In this document: piece after piece, positions 39,473-49,417 of the stretch
Position numbering within the stretch: the stretch's first letter is position 1
How the letters are laid out: each line of letters begins with the position of its first letter
Origin: Vulcanimicrobiota bacterium
GTDB taxonomy: Bacteria; Vulcanimicrobiota; Vulcanimicrobiia; Vulcanimicrobiales; Vulcanimicrobiaceae
Assembly (NCBI GenBank): GCA_963833095.1
Contig: CAWHWQ010000008.1
Coordinates: 1 to 64,000 of the forward strand
Reading direction: 5' to 3'
Length of the DNA: 64,000 nucleotides
Program-made: the position numbers and the translations under genes
The notes under the pieces: model-generated
The model's database searches: none
Seen by the model: the letters and a program-made list of their open reading frames with translations, nothing else
Told to the model about the DNA's origin: nothing

Positions 39473-41776
39473 GTGCCCGAATCCGTGACCTTAGAGGTCG
39501 GCGGGCGCACGATGGTCATTGAGACCGGCGAACTCGCGAAGCAAGCCAACGGCTCCGCGCTGATTCGTTACGGTGAACAGAATGTCGTGCTCTGCGCCGC
39601 CACTGCCTCGCTAAAACCTCGCGAAGGCATCGACTGGTTCCCACTTACTTGCGATTTCGAAGAGAAGATGTACGCTGCTGGAAAGATTCCGGGCGGCTAC
39701 ATCAAGCGCGAAGGACGCCCGCCCGAGCACGCCGTGCTCAGCTCGCGTCAGATGGATCGTCCGATCCGTCCGCTCTTTCCCGAAGGTTTTCAGAACGACG
39801 TGCAAGTCGTCGCGACCGTGATGTCGGTCGATCCCGAACTCGACCCCGACGTGCTCGGGATTTGTTCTGCCGGTGCAGCGCTCGCGTTGTCGGACATCCC
39901 GTTCGACGGACCGGTAGCCGGCGTTCGCGTTGGACGCGATGAGAACGGTAAATTCATTGCCAATCCCACGCTACCGCAATATGTGACCGGCGGCATGGAG
40001 ATCGTGGTTGCCGGCACCGCCGATGCGATCATGATGGTCGAAGGCGGCGCGGACGAAATTTCCGAGGAAGATTTCCTCGGCGCAGTCGAATTCGCGCACG
40101 GCGAGATCAAGAAGATCGTCAAGGCGATCAATCAACTCGTGAAAAAGGCCGGCAAAGACAAGCGCGAGTATCCGCTCAAAAAGGTCAACGCTGACCTCGA
40201 CAAGTGGGTGCGCAAGACGTTTGCGAAGGATGTCGCCAAGGCGATGCGCATCGTCGACAAGCACACGCGCGAAGCCGCGTTCTCGGACATCAACGTCGCC
40301 GAGGCGCTCGAACGCGTCGGCAAAAAGGACGACAACGTCAAAGCGTTGCTCGAGAACTCGGACACCGCCAAAGAGTTCGGCAAGATCGTCAAGGGGATGG
40401 AAGAGGACGAGCTGCGGGTAATGGTCGTCGACGAAAAGATTCGTCCCGACGGCCGCAAGCCCGACGAAATCCGACCGATTTGGAGCAAGGTGCATTACGT
40501 GCCGCGCGTCCACGGTTCGGGCGTGTTTACGCGCGGACAAACGCAGGTCTTTACCGCAGCGACGCTCGGGTCGACCAGCGACGCTCAGCGGCTCGACGGT
40601 ATCGTCGCGCTCGAAGATAAGCGCTACATGCACTTCTACAACTTCCCGCCGTTCTCGGTCGGCGAAACGCGTCCGATGCGCGGACCGGGTCGCCGCGAAA
40701 TCGGCCACGGTGCGCTCGCCGAACGCGCGTTGCTGCCGGTGCTTCCGAAGAAGGAAGATTTCCCGTACACACTGCGCCTGATGAGCGAAGTGCTCGAATC
40801 GAACGGATCGTCGTCGATGGCGTCGGTCTGCGGTTCGTCGCTTGCACTGATGGATGCCGGCGTGCCGATTACCGACCACGTCGCGGGCGTGGCGATGGGC
40901 CTGATTCTCAAAGGTAAGGACTACTCGGTCCTTACCGACATCCAGGGCCTCGAAGATGCGCTCGGCGAGATGGACTTCAAAGTCGCGGGCACCAAGAAGG
41001 GTATCACCGCGATTCAGATGGACATCAAAGTCCAAGGCATCACAATCGAGATCATGCGCGAAGCGATGGCGCAAGCCAAGAAGTCGCGCTTCTTCATTAT
41101 CGACAAGCTCACCGAAACGATCGCCGAGCCGCGCAAGGAACTCTCGGAGTATGCGCCGCGAATGATCGTGATCAAGATCAACCCCGACAAGATCAAAGAC
41201 GTCATTGGACCAGGCGGCAAGATCATCAACAAGATCATCGCCGAGACCGGCGTCGAGAAGATCGACATCGAGGACGACGGTACCGTGTTCATCACGTCAC
41301 TCGACGGTGCGAGCGGCGAAGCCGCGCGACAGTATGTCGAGAACATCACCAAAGACATCAAGGTCGGTGAAATCTACACCGGCACGGTCAAGCGGGTGAT
41401 TCCGATCGGTGCATTCGTCGAGATTCTTCCGGGTAAGGAAGGCCTCGTGCACATCAGCCAACTCGCGCCCGAACGTGTCGCGAAGGTGGAAGACGTGCTC
41501 AACGTCGGCGATACGACGCAAGTCAAGGTGATGGAAATCGACGGACAAGGCCGCGTCAATCTCTCGCGCAAGGCCGTGCTTGCTCCGGGTTCGGAGAACA
41601 GCGGCGGCGGTGGTCGCGAGAGTCGTGGCAACGGCGAATTCCGTCCGCAGCGTCCGCGCCGTGACGACGCAGAGCCCGCCGGCGCAGTTGCCGGACCCGG
41701 CCCTGCTCCCGATGGACCCGGCGCGCCGCCAACGCGGCGACGCCGTCGACCGCCGACACATCGCGACGACGAATAG
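39473..41776 (+). CDS. pnp: Polyribonucleotide nucleotidyltransferase
   Basis: ETGELAKQA, RREIGHG, ESNGSSSMAS, DFKVAGT, KH (IGPGGK) and S1 domains. Confidence 0.98.
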   Translation: MPESVTLEVGGRTMVIETGELAKQANGSALIRYGEQNVVLCAATASLKPREGIDWFPLTCDFEEKMYAAGKIPGGYIKREGRPPEHAVLSSRQMDRPIRPLFPEGFQNDVQVVATVMSVDPELDPDVLGICSAGAALALSDIPFDGPVAGVRVGRDENGKFIANPTLPQYVTGGMEIVVAGTADAIMMVEGGADEISEEDFLGAVEFAHGEIKKIVKAINQLVKKAGKDKREYPLKKVNADLDKWVRKTFAKDVAKAMRIVDKHTREAAFSDINVAEALERVGKKDDNVKALLENSDTAKEFGKIVKGMEEDELRVMVVDEKIRPDGRKPDEIRPIWSKVHYVPRVHGSGVFTRGQTQVFTAATLGSTSDAQRLDGIVALEDKRYMHFYNFPPFSVGETRPMRGPGRREIGHGALAERALLPVLPKKEDFPYTLRLMSEVLESNGSSSMASVCGSSLALMDAGVPITDHVAGVAMGLILKGKDYSVLTDIQGLEDALGEMDFKVAGTKKGITAIQMDIKVQGITIEIMREAMAQAKKSRFFIIDKLTETIAEPRKELSEYAPRMIVIKINPDKIKDVIGPGGKIINKIIAETGVEKIDIEDDGTVFITSLDGASGEAARQYVENITKDIKVGEIYTGTVKRVIPIGAFVEILPGKEGLVHISQLAPERVAKVEDVLNVGDTTQVKVMEIDGQGRVNLSRKAVLAPGSENSGGGGRESRGNGEFRPQRPRRDDAEPAGAVAGPGPAPDGPGAPPTRRRRRPPTHRDDE

Positions 41777-41792
41777 TAGCCGAACGGAAAAG

Positions 41793-41820
41793 AAAGGGCT
41801 CGCAGCAATGCGGGCCCTTT
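41793..41820 (+). terminator. pnp terminator-like hairpin
   Basis: AAAGGGCTCGCA-GCAA-TGCGGGCCCTTT. Confidence 0.8.
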
Positions 41821-41856
41821 ATGCTATCATTCGTGAGCGGCGGGAGGGCCGATCCT

Positions 41857-42942
41857 ATGCTTCGCATTCGGATATTTCGCGCTTCCCTTTGCATTGCAGC
41901 TGCATGTGTGCTCCTCAACTCGGGCTGCACGGGACGAACGACCGGAACCAACGCGACTCCGGTGCAAACACAATCAGATTCAATAGTTCAACCCGGCAAA
42001 GTTCCGTTTCAACCGGATAGTTATAACGACGGCTCGAGCATCTACGTCGCATCGGGTTCAAACATGCCGTATGAGACAACGATTCTCGTGTACGGTGAGG
42101 GAGAAAACGGCAACGCCGCGCCGATCCGCACGATCCAATCCCCCGAATTGCACGCCAAAGACATCGGGGCAATGGCGGTGGATGCGAGCGGCTATCTCTA
42201 CGTCTTCGTCCAGGCGTTAGGCCCGAACACGATTCTCGTCTTTGCGCCGCTCGCGAACGGACCCAACGTCACACCGGTGCGTATTATTGCCGGCAATAAC
42301 ACCGAGATGGTGATGGCCGAAGGCATGGACGTCGATGCGTCGGGTCGCATCTACGTCAATGAAAACGCCGGCCTCGGCAAAGGTATTATTCTGGAGTTTG
42401 CGCCGCTCTCGAACGGCAATATCGCGCCATCCGCCGTTATCGAGCCTTCCCCGCTTTGGCGAACCTTTTGGGGTGTAGAGAGTGGCCCGAGCCGCCTCTA
42501 CATTACGCAACGGCTCGCGCTGGGGCTGCGGATCGAGTTGTTTTCCAAAAATGCCGTGGGCGTGACGGCGCCGCTGTGCACGATCTCGAATCCAAGCGTG
42601 CTGCCGTACGCCTATGAGGACCTGGCCAAGGGGCCCGACCTCTATCCACTTTGGGCGGCCGTCGAGTTCCCCGTGTCCGAATTGATCGCGTACTCCGACT
42701 GCAATTCCACGCCTGTCGGGGTCATTCGCGGCCCGAACACCGGCCTGGCTGCGTTTAAATGGGTCAGCGGTATGGCGGTGAGCGAGCGTGGCACGCTGTA
42801 TGAGGTCTCCTTCAACGAGGTCCCCGCAGCGATACGCTCCTGGGCTCTGGGAAACCAAAACGGCGACGTGGCTCCGACTGCTGTGATATCGGGTCCGAAC
42901 ACCAAGCTCGGCATTTTGACCGCCATCGCCATCGGCCCTTAG
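41857..42942 (+). CDS. Secreted lipoprotein with NHL/beta-propeller-like repeats
   Basis: Lipobox-like NSGC; repeated AVDASG.LYV and NGN.AP...I.G.NT motifs. Confidence 0.75.
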   Translation: MLRIRIFRASLCIAAACVLLNSGCTGRTTGTNATPVQTQSDSIVQPGKVPFQPDSYNDGSSIYVASGSNMPYETTILVYGEGENGNAAPIRTIQSPELHAKDIGAMAVDASGYLYVFVQALGPNTILVFAPLANGPNVTPVRIIAGNNTEMVMAEGMDVDASGRIYVNENAGLGKGIILEFAPLSNGNIAPSAVIEPSPLWRTFWGVESGPSRLYITQRLALGLRIELFSKNAVGVTAPLCTISNPSVLPYAYEDLAKGPDLYPLWAAVEFPVSELIAYSDCNSTPVGVIRGPNTGLAAFKWVSGMAVSERGTLYEVSFNEVPAAIRSWALGNQNGDVAPTAVISGPNTKLGILTAIAIGP

Positions 42943-43097
42943 CCGAGATTGTTTGGGGCGTAGCCAATATTGCCCTGGGTCTCTTTTACTATTTCAATCG
43001 AGAGGCCGAGCACTCTCCGGATCGAATTTTATTGATCGGATACTAACCGTGGTTATTCGTTCGCCGTAGTGCTTAAAGCACTATAAGGAGGCGGCAC

Positions 43098-45209
43098 ATG
43101 CCGCATTTGCGCTCATCCCTCGCCCTCGCGGCACTTGCCGCATTGCTTAGCGCCTGCGGCGGAGGTGGCGGCGGCTCGTCGCCGATCCCTTCGAGCGGTG
43201 GGTCCGGCACCCAGCCGGCGCAAACATCCCCCGCAAATTTGGTGATCGTCATTCCGCCTGCGAGTCAACAGAATACGCATTTCCGCCCGACCTACATTTC
43301 GGCCGGTACGCAATCGATGACCGTCGGCCTCGTTACAGGTACCTCGACCACGCCGCTTGCGACCGTGAATCTCACCACCGGATCGCCGAATTGCACCGTG
43401 CCGACGGGTGGCGGATTGCAGTGCACCGCGACGGTACAAGCCCCATTCGGCACCGACACGTTCCTTGTATCGACCTACAGCGGACTGAACGGCGGCGGCA
43501 CCCTCTTATCGACGGGCCAAGTGAAAGTGACGCTGACAAGCGGTGCAGCGCCGCCAACGGTCGCGCTCTCGCTCGACGGTGTGCCGCACACGGTTTCGCT
43601 CGTGCTTGGAACCACGGCGCTACCGGTGGGCACCGCCGGCTCGACCGCGGTCATCGTGCAAGCCTCCGACGCGAGCGGAAATCTCATCATCGGCCCCGGT
43701 CTGTTTTCAACGCCGATCACGCTGACGGTTAGCGGTGACACGTATAATACACTCAAGCTATCGAACACGTCCGTGACGTCGCCGGGACAGGTCGTGACGC
43801 TAAGCTACAACGGCAACACGAACGTCGGCTCCACGATCACGCCTACCGGCTCGGGCCTCAGCGGAGCATCAGTGTCATTCAACGCGACCGGCGCAGTACT
43901 CACGCTATTCCAGTATTACGATGCGACGAACGGCGTCTACGGATACCCGCAGGACGTCGCAGCATTCCCGACGGGCACGCCTGGATATGCGGGTGAAGCC
44001 GCGGTACTGATGGAGCTTTTCAGCACTCCCAACGACAGCGAATACTATGGAATCGGCGTTGCGTCGCCAGCCGGCGTCAAGCAGACGTTTGTGGGCGACA
44101 CGAGCGATCCGTACAATCTCCCGGCCCCCGGCTCGCTTACGATTCCCGGCGTGATCGTCGTCCACGGGATGAGCAGTGGGCTCGACAACGAGGTGCTCGA
44201 TGCATACGACGATATCGCGGCGAGTTCGGGCGCCTACGTCTTTTACTCGGGCTATTTCACGACGGAATCGGGGACAAGCTGCCCGGAAGAAGAGACAGAA
44301 ACCAGCGGCACCATCGGTGCTTTGAATCCGACGAACGGCACGACGACCGAGCACGTACTTCTTGGTTACCCCGCCGCGATTCGAGTCGATAGCGCAGGGA
44401 ACGTCTGGTTCATCGAATCCAGCGGCGATTGCGACGAAGAGAGCCCGCTTATCGGCGGAAACGGCTATGCCATCGGTGAGTGGAAAGACGCACCGATCGG
44501 GCCGGTGACCGAAACACTGTTTAATGCTGCCGGTTTGGGAAGCATCGGCTACCCCAGCGACATGTCGATCTCCGCGGATGGTTCCGCGATGTTCATCGCC
44601 GACGAAAACAAAAGCACCATTTCGAAGATCAAGACAGCGCCGTTTTCCTCACTTCCGGCTCTGACGTTGACGAACAGCCTCTATCCGGAAGCTATTGCGA
44701 CGGCGAACGATGCAGCGCAAACCACTGCCTGGTGGAGTGACAATGATCCACTCGACAACTACTTCTACGGCTATGTTTCGGGAACCGCGTTCTCGACCGT
44801 CGCTGAAGCGACATTCCCGATCAACTACTTCTACAGTTTCGACATGAGTTACGCCGACGGAAGCTTCTGGGTCGCCGGGGCTGAGGACGCGACAGGTATC
44901 GGCCGCGTATCCGGACTCTCGGCGGGATCACCGGTGAACGGATACTATGCGATGCCGACCTCCAGCGAGGGCGACGACGATTGCGGCGGATATCAAAACG
45001 TCCAGAGCATCTCTTCGGCCAGCGGGAGCGTCTGGGCGGTTGACGACGACTGCAACAACTTCGATATCCTGCAATATGGGGAGCCCAGCAACGGCACCGT
45101 AACCTACACTGCCGTTCGCCATATCGGAGCAACGAACACGCGGCGTAACCCGCACCCGCTGACGAGCCACCACGCGGTGAATCGGCGAGCGCACGCAAGG
45201 CCGCACTAG
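43098..45209 (+). CDS. Large secreted lipoprotein (beta-rich N-half, acidic propeller-like C-half)
   Basis: TAAGGAGG RBS, LSACGGGGGGSS lipobox, 703 aa. Confidence 0.8.
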   Translation: MPHLRSSLALAALAALLSACGGGGGGSSPIPSSGGSGTQPAQTSPANLVIVIPPASQQNTHFRPTYISAGTQSMTVGLVTGTSTTPLATVNLTTGSPNCTVPTGGGLQCTATVQAPFGTDTFLVSTYSGLNGGGTLLSTGQVKVTLTSGAAPPTVALSLDGVPHTVSLVLGTTALPVGTAGSTAVIVQASDASGNLIIGPGLFSTPITLTVSGDTYNTLKLSNTSVTSPGQVVTLSYNGNTNVGSTITPTGSGLSGASVSFNATGAVLTLFQYYDATNGVYGYPQDVAAFPTGTPGYAGEAAVLMELFSTPNDSEYYGIGVASPAGVKQTFVGDTSDPYNLPAPGSLTIPGVIVVHGMSSGLDNEVLDAYDDIAASSGAYVFYSGYFTTESGTSCPEEETETSGTIGALNPTNGTTTEHVLLGYPAAIRVDSAGNVWFIESSGDCDEESPLIGGNGYAIGEWKDAPIGPVTETLFNAAGLGSIGYPSDMSISADGSAMFIADENKSTISKIKTAPFSSLPALTLTNSLYPEAIATANDAAQTTAWWSDNDPLDNYFYGYVSGTAFSTVAEATFPINYFYSFDMSYADGSFWVAGAEDATGIGRVSGLSAGSPVNGYYAMPTSSEGDDDCGGYQNVQSISSASGSVWAVDDDCNNFDILQYGEPSNGTVTYTAVRHIGATNTRRNPHPLTSHHAVNRRAHARPH

Positions 45210-45220
45210 AAAGGTCTGGC

Positions 45221-45637
45221 ATGCACATCAAGGTCAACTGGTGGGCGATTCTTGTTTCCGATATCGTCCTGTTTCTTCTTGGATGGCTCTGGTACGACGT
45301 GTTCTTTGGCAGGGTGTGGCTGGCCGCGCTGCGCGAGGTCACACCGCAAGTCAGCATGGGGTTCACGTCGTATGCGTTTGTGGTCTCGCTCGTCGGCGGC
45401 TTCTTTCTTGCATACGGACTTGCCCTGATTTTGAAATGGCGCGGCGCCGTCGGACCCCTTGAAGGCGCATGGATCGGCTTTGCGTTCGGATTGCTGATCT
45501 TCGGAACGATGACATGGATGGACTACGTCTATTCCGGATGGGGCGCGGCGCTGGGCTTCATCAACACCGGCTTCGTGTCCGTCGGCATGGGGGTCATGGG
45601 CGCCATTTTGGCAGCCTGGAAACCGCGCGGCGCCTAA
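45221..45637 (+). CDS. DUF1761-like membrane protein
   Basis: VNWWAILV...LGWLWY..FFG..W, INTG. Confidence 0.8.
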   Translation: MHIKVNWWAILVSDIVLFLLGWLWYDVFFGRVWLAALREVTPQVSMGFTSYAFVVSLVGGFFLAYGLALILKWRGAVGPLEGAWIGFAFGLLIFGTMTWMDYVYSGWGAALGFINTGFVSVGMGVMGAILAAWKPRGA

Positions 45638-45638
45638 T

Positions 45639-45657
45639 TATGACAGCGCCTGTCATA
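45639..45657. promoter_or_regulatory. Palindromic operator upstream of the VOC gene
   Basis: TATGACAG-CGC-CTGTCATA, perfect 8-bp inverted repeat. Confidence 0.7.
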
Positions 45658-45706
45658 TATGGGCGCTACGCTTGGGGCAGGCTAATCGATGAACAAGGAG
45701 AGTCCC

Positions 45707-46474
45707 GTGAGCGTTCAGTCAACGTCCACCGCCGCGACCGCCATCACCGGCACCGATCTGGTCGGATGCACGGTAGCGGATTTCCAAAAATCCCTCGCGT
45801 TTTATCGCGACACCCTTGGCATGGAGCCGTCGGTCGTCGCCGAAAGCGGCGCCGAATTCCATCTTCCCGACGGCACAACGTTCGGTCTCTGGCAACCGCC
45901 CGAGAGTGAAGGCATGAAGCCGAGCTTCAGTGTGATGTTCTCCGTCGCGGACGCAGCCGGCGCCACGCAAGCAATTCGGGAGCGCGGCGGCACCATCAGC
46001 GACCTATTCGAATCGCCCGTCTGCTACATGGCGATGGGCACGGATTCCGAGGGCAACGGCGTCATCGTGCACCAGAAAAAGACGCGCGACGAACATAAGC
46101 CGTCGGGCCAAGCCCGCACCTTAACGACCATCCACGGTATCGACCTCGCCGGATTCTTCGCCACGGATCCCGAGCGTGCAATTGCATTCTATCGCGATAC
46201 GCTCGGTCTCACGCCGACCGAGATCACCCCGGGGCGCGGCTCGGAGTTCGCGCTAGAAGACGGATCGACGTTCGGCGTCTGGAGCATGCCCAACACACCT
46301 CCGGGTGGATTCGTGATGTTTGCCGTCGATGACGCGCGCGCCAAGGCGGCGGAACTACGCAGCCGCGGCATGCAGCTCACCGACGTTCTAGAAACGCCGA
46401 ACTGTTTTATGGCCTGGGGTCCCGATCCCGAAGGCAACAGCGTCATCATTCACCAACGAAAGGCGCATGACTAA
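45707..46474 (+). CDS. Tandem VOC/glyoxalase-family protein
   Basis: Two repeats of AFYRDTLG...EF...DG.TFG.W...D.EGN.VI.HQ; AAGGAG before GTG. Confidence 0.88.
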   Translation: MSVQSTSTAATAITGTDLVGCTVADFQKSLAFYRDTLGMEPSVVAESGAEFHLPDGTTFGLWQPPESEGMKPSFSVMFSVADAAGATQAIRERGGTISDLFESPVCYMAMGTDSEGNGVIVHQKKTRDEHKPSGQARTLTTIHGIDLAGFFATDPERAIAFYRDTLGLTPTEITPGRGSEFALEDGSTFGVWSMPNTPPGGFVMFAVDDARAKAAELRSRGMQLTDVLETPNCFMAWGPDPEGNSVIIHQRKAHD

Positions 46475-47306
46475 CGAGGCAGTTTTAGTAACAGGTGCAT
46501 CGACCGGCATCGGTCATGCCGTTTCGATGCACCTGGCGCGCAATGGATTCACCGTCTACGCGGGTGTTCGCAAAGAGGGCGACCGCGAACGGCTCGAAGC
46601 CGAACACGAAAGCATCCGCCCGCTCATCCTCGACGTCACTGTTCCAGCCGACGTCACACGCGCGGTGCAGTCGGTGCGCGAGCGTGGTGATATCCTTACC
46701 GGCCTCGTGAACAATGCCGGCATCGCAGTCGCCGGTCCACTCGAATTTCTCCCGATCGAGGCGCTGCGCCATCAATTCGAGGTCAACGTCATTGCGCCGA
46801 TTGCGATGACGCAAGCGGCATTGCCGATGTTACGCGAATCGCGCGGCCGGATCGTCACCATCGGCTCCATTGCGGGGCGCCTCGCGGCGCCGTTCATCGG
46901 ACCGTACAGCGCATCGAAAGCCGCGATCGCTTCGCTCACCGATTCGCTGCGCCAAGAACTCGCGCCGTTCGGCATCGGCGTCTCGCTGCTCGAGTTCGCT
47001 TCAGTCAAAACGCCGATTTGGGCGAAGGGGCGCGCCGGCCGCGACAGGCTGGCCGCATCGATGCCGCCGCAAGCAATGACCTATTATGGCGCGCTTGCCG
47101 ACGCTGTCATCGCGCAGACCGCCGTGGAAGAGCGCGAAGGCATGGACCCGAATGTCATTGCGGCAACGGTGTTGGCCGCGTTGCGCGCGCCCAAGCCGCG
47201 CGAGCGCTACCTCATCGGCAGTAAAGCCAAGATGCAGGCGGTCGTCGCACTCCTTCCGCCGGGAACACGCGATAAGCTGGTCAAGAGTGCGATGAAGCTT
47301 CCGTGA
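46467..47306 (+). CDS. SDR oxidoreductase
   Basis: TGASTGIG, NNAG, YSASK. Confidence 0.92.
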   Translation: MTNEAVLVTGASTGIGHAVSMHLARNGFTVYAGVRKEGDRERLEAEHESIRPLILDVTVPADVTRAVQSVRERGDILTGLVNNAGIAVAGPLEFLPIEALRHQFEVNVIAPIAMTQAALPMLRESRGRIVTIGSIAGRLAAPFIGPYSASKAAIASLTDSLRQELAPFGIGVSLLEFASVKTPIWAKGRAGRDRLAASMPPQAMTYYGALADAVIAQTAVEEREGMDPNVIAATVLAALRAPKPRERYLIGSKAKMQAVVALLPPGTRDKLVKSAMKLP

Positions 47307-47860
47307 TCGCCGTGCTTCTCGCCGCGGTTCTTGCCTGCGGAGCCTCGGCAAATCAGATGGAACTCAACGAGTGTGCCGCCGAAGCGCGCGAACGCGCCAA
47401 TGCACAGGAGCTATCTACCTACCGCGCAGCGATGCAACGCCATGATAATGACGCCGTGCTTCGCGAGAGCGAACTACGCTGGCTCGCGGCGCGTGCCAAT
47501 GCGTGCAATTTCGACTCCGCGCTGGTCAGCGGCGGCTCGATCGAACCGATGATTGAGTTAGCGTGCCTTGCGCACTCGGCGCAGGCGCGCATCCGCGATA
47601 TCGGTCTTTTTACCGGCCGGCCCAATCCCGCCGGCGCAATTGCGTCTCCACAGGCGGTTGCTGAGCACGATCGGGTCTACGGGCTCCTCGAGAATTTGGT
47701 CACACCCGACCAGCGAACGCTGCTGGTCGGCGCGGAGAACGCGTGGTTATGGTATCGTGACGAGGCTTGCTCGCGCGCGACCAATGACTGCGCGACCGCG
47801 CTGACCATCACACGCACGCAAGAGCTCAAGGACTCGTGGCTCGCCGAGAAGTTCTGGTAA
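47303..47860 (+). CDS. LprI/DUF1311-like secreted protein, two repeats
   Basis: NQMELNECA, LRESELRWLAARANAC, AENAWLWYRDEAC. Confidence 0.75.
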   Translation: MIAVLLAAVLACGASANQMELNECAAEARERANAQELSTYRAAMQRHDNDAVLRESELRWLAARANACNFDSALVSGGSIEPMIELACLAHSAQARIRDIGLFTGRPNPAGAIASPQAVAEHDRVYGLLENLVTPDQRTLLVGAENAWLWYRDEACSRATNDCATALTITRTQELKDSWLAEKFW

Positions 47861-47863
47861 CCG

Positions 47864-48628
47864 CTACAAGTACTGCTTGAAAAACGCGAGCACACGGTCG
47901 CGTGCGTCGGCGGCTGAGGTGGCGTTGTACCGGAGCGTGTAGACATGCCCATGAATGTGCACAAGCTTGTTCGCCGTGGGGTCATCGAACCTGTGATAGG
48001 TGTTCGGATACACGTGAATAGTACCGGGAGTTCCGTTTTGAGCCAGCGCGCTCATGAAATCTTCGCACGACTTTGCATCCGTCCAATCGTCCGATGCACC
48101 GATCAGGAGAAGCAGCGGATCGATCAGTGCCTTTGAGGGCTTTTGCTCGCAGGCGGCCGGATAGAATGCGACAGACGCGGCAAAACCGTTCTGCGCGAAG
48201 CCCGCGAGTGTCGCGGTCTCGGCGTTCTCGGTGTACAGTACGGCACCGCCGCCGTGGGAGAAGCCGATGACCCCGATGTGTGCGGGATCGACGTCAGGCA
48301 ACGTCCGCAAATAGGCGAGTGCTCCGTACGCATCGAACGCGCGCATGCGCGCCGGTATTGCCGGCGTGCCGCACACGCGGTCGACGTGGCGCGGACCGAA
48401 ACTATCAACCGCGAGCGCAATGTAGCCGTTTTGCCCAAGCCAATTTCCCCAATCGGTGATGTCCGAGTCGAGTCCGTCACACGCATGCAAGATCACGACA
48501 CCCGGACGGCGCTCGGGTACTCCGACCTGCTCGTAGAGCGTCCCGGTCAGCGTGACGCCGGGATCCTTGCTCGGAAAACTCACCGGCGAGAGCTCGATTT
48601 GCGCCGCCATGAAGGCCGCCAAGAGCAT
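47864..48628 (-). CDS. Dienelactone hydrolase family protein
   Basis: VILHACDG, GFSHGGG, LIGASDDW, YP..YH.FD. Confidence 0.88.
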   Translation of the reverse strand: MLLAAFMAAQIELSPVSFPSKDPGVTLTGTLYEQVGVPERRPGVVILHACDGLDSDITDWGNWLGQNGYIALAVDSFGPRHVDRVCGTPAIPARMRAFDAYGALAYLRTLPDVDPAHIGVIGFSHGGGAVLYTENAETATLAGFAQNGFAASVAFYPAACEQKPSKALIDPLLLLIGASDDWTDAKSCEDFMSALAQNGTPGTIHVYPNTYHRFDDPTANKLVHIHGHVYTLRYNATSAADARDRVLAFFKQYL

Positions 48629-48630
48629 GA

Positions 48631-48919
48631 TTACCCGCGCGGGCCGAAGCCGCGATAGCCGCGCAACGGCACAAACTGCGCTTCGAGCATCCCCGCGGCC
48701 GCGAGCGGAAAGACGGCCAAACGCCGCCTGAGCTTCGTCGAGCGAAGCAATTTCGAGCAGCAAGCACGCGCCCAGCACGTCTTGCCGGCTCCATGCAGAA
48801 CGCACGATGCCCTCAGCATACATCGTGCGCAGCACCTCGGCTTCGGGTTCGAGCAGTTCAGCGAACTGCGCTTCGGTAAACGCTTCCATGCGGCGACGTA
48901 CGAGTACTAGGACTTGCAT
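48631..48919 (-). CDS. Muconolactone delta-isomerase-like small protein, frameshift near 48720
   Basis: EAE...MYAEGIVRSAWSR.D..GA.LLLE..S..EA, then FPLAAAGMLE..FVPL.GY in the shifted frame. Confidence 0.65.
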
Positions 48920-48922
48920 ACC

Positions 48923-49366
48923 TTACGATATCACTCCAAAGATGCGCCGGTCGTCGGCGTCGATGATGTCGAGAATGTGCTCGAGCTCCGGATGCAGCGC
49001 GAGTGTCGGCGCGTAGATCTGCGCAAAGTACTCCGGATCCTGCGCATGCCGCGGACGGACGCGGCGGAGAATTTCATTGATCGCGGGATACTCCGACGGG
49101 TCGGTGTGCTCGCGCAGCCACACCGCAACGTCCGCTTCGCCGGCGGCGCGCTGCACGACGGCGCGTAACTCATCCTCATCGACACCCAAGCGATGGAGCA
49201 GGAAACCGGAGATTCCCGGGATTTTGCCGTTGATGAAATATTCACCGGGATTGCCGCCGGGCAACAGTCCGCGCAATTTGTCGATGGTGCGCGGCATGAG
49301 CATCAATCCGTCGAGCTCGTCAAAACACGAACGCGGCGGTTGCCGCGTCAAATCGAGCGGTTCCAT
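48923..49366 (-). CDS. DUF5069-like protein
   Basis: MEPLDLTRQPPRS...LDGL..MPRTIDKLR, ends IIDADDRR. Confidence 0.8.
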   Translation of the reverse strand: MEPLDLTRQPPRSCFDELDGLMLMPRTIDKLRGLLPGGNPGEYFINGKIPGISGFLLHRLGVDEDELRAVVQRAAGEADVAVWLREHTDPSEYPAINEILRRVRPRHAQDPEYFAQIYAPTLALHPELEHILDIIDADDRRIFGVIS

Positions 49367-49417
49367 GCCGGCTGCTTCGACGGGGAGGCCTATGGAACTG
49401 CCGAGAAAGGGTGGGGC

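Noticed and set aside
39971..41074. Long antisense ORFs (here opposite pnp; also 2347-3816, 31411-32454, 59083-60243)
   Set aside because: Shadow ORFs expected from high-GC codon bias; no recognisable domains
47864..48919. ORF-track fusion of isomerase-like protein and dienelactone hydrolase
   Set aside because: A shift near 48720 restores a natural C-terminus ending at 48631, and the hydrolase has its own ATG at 48628
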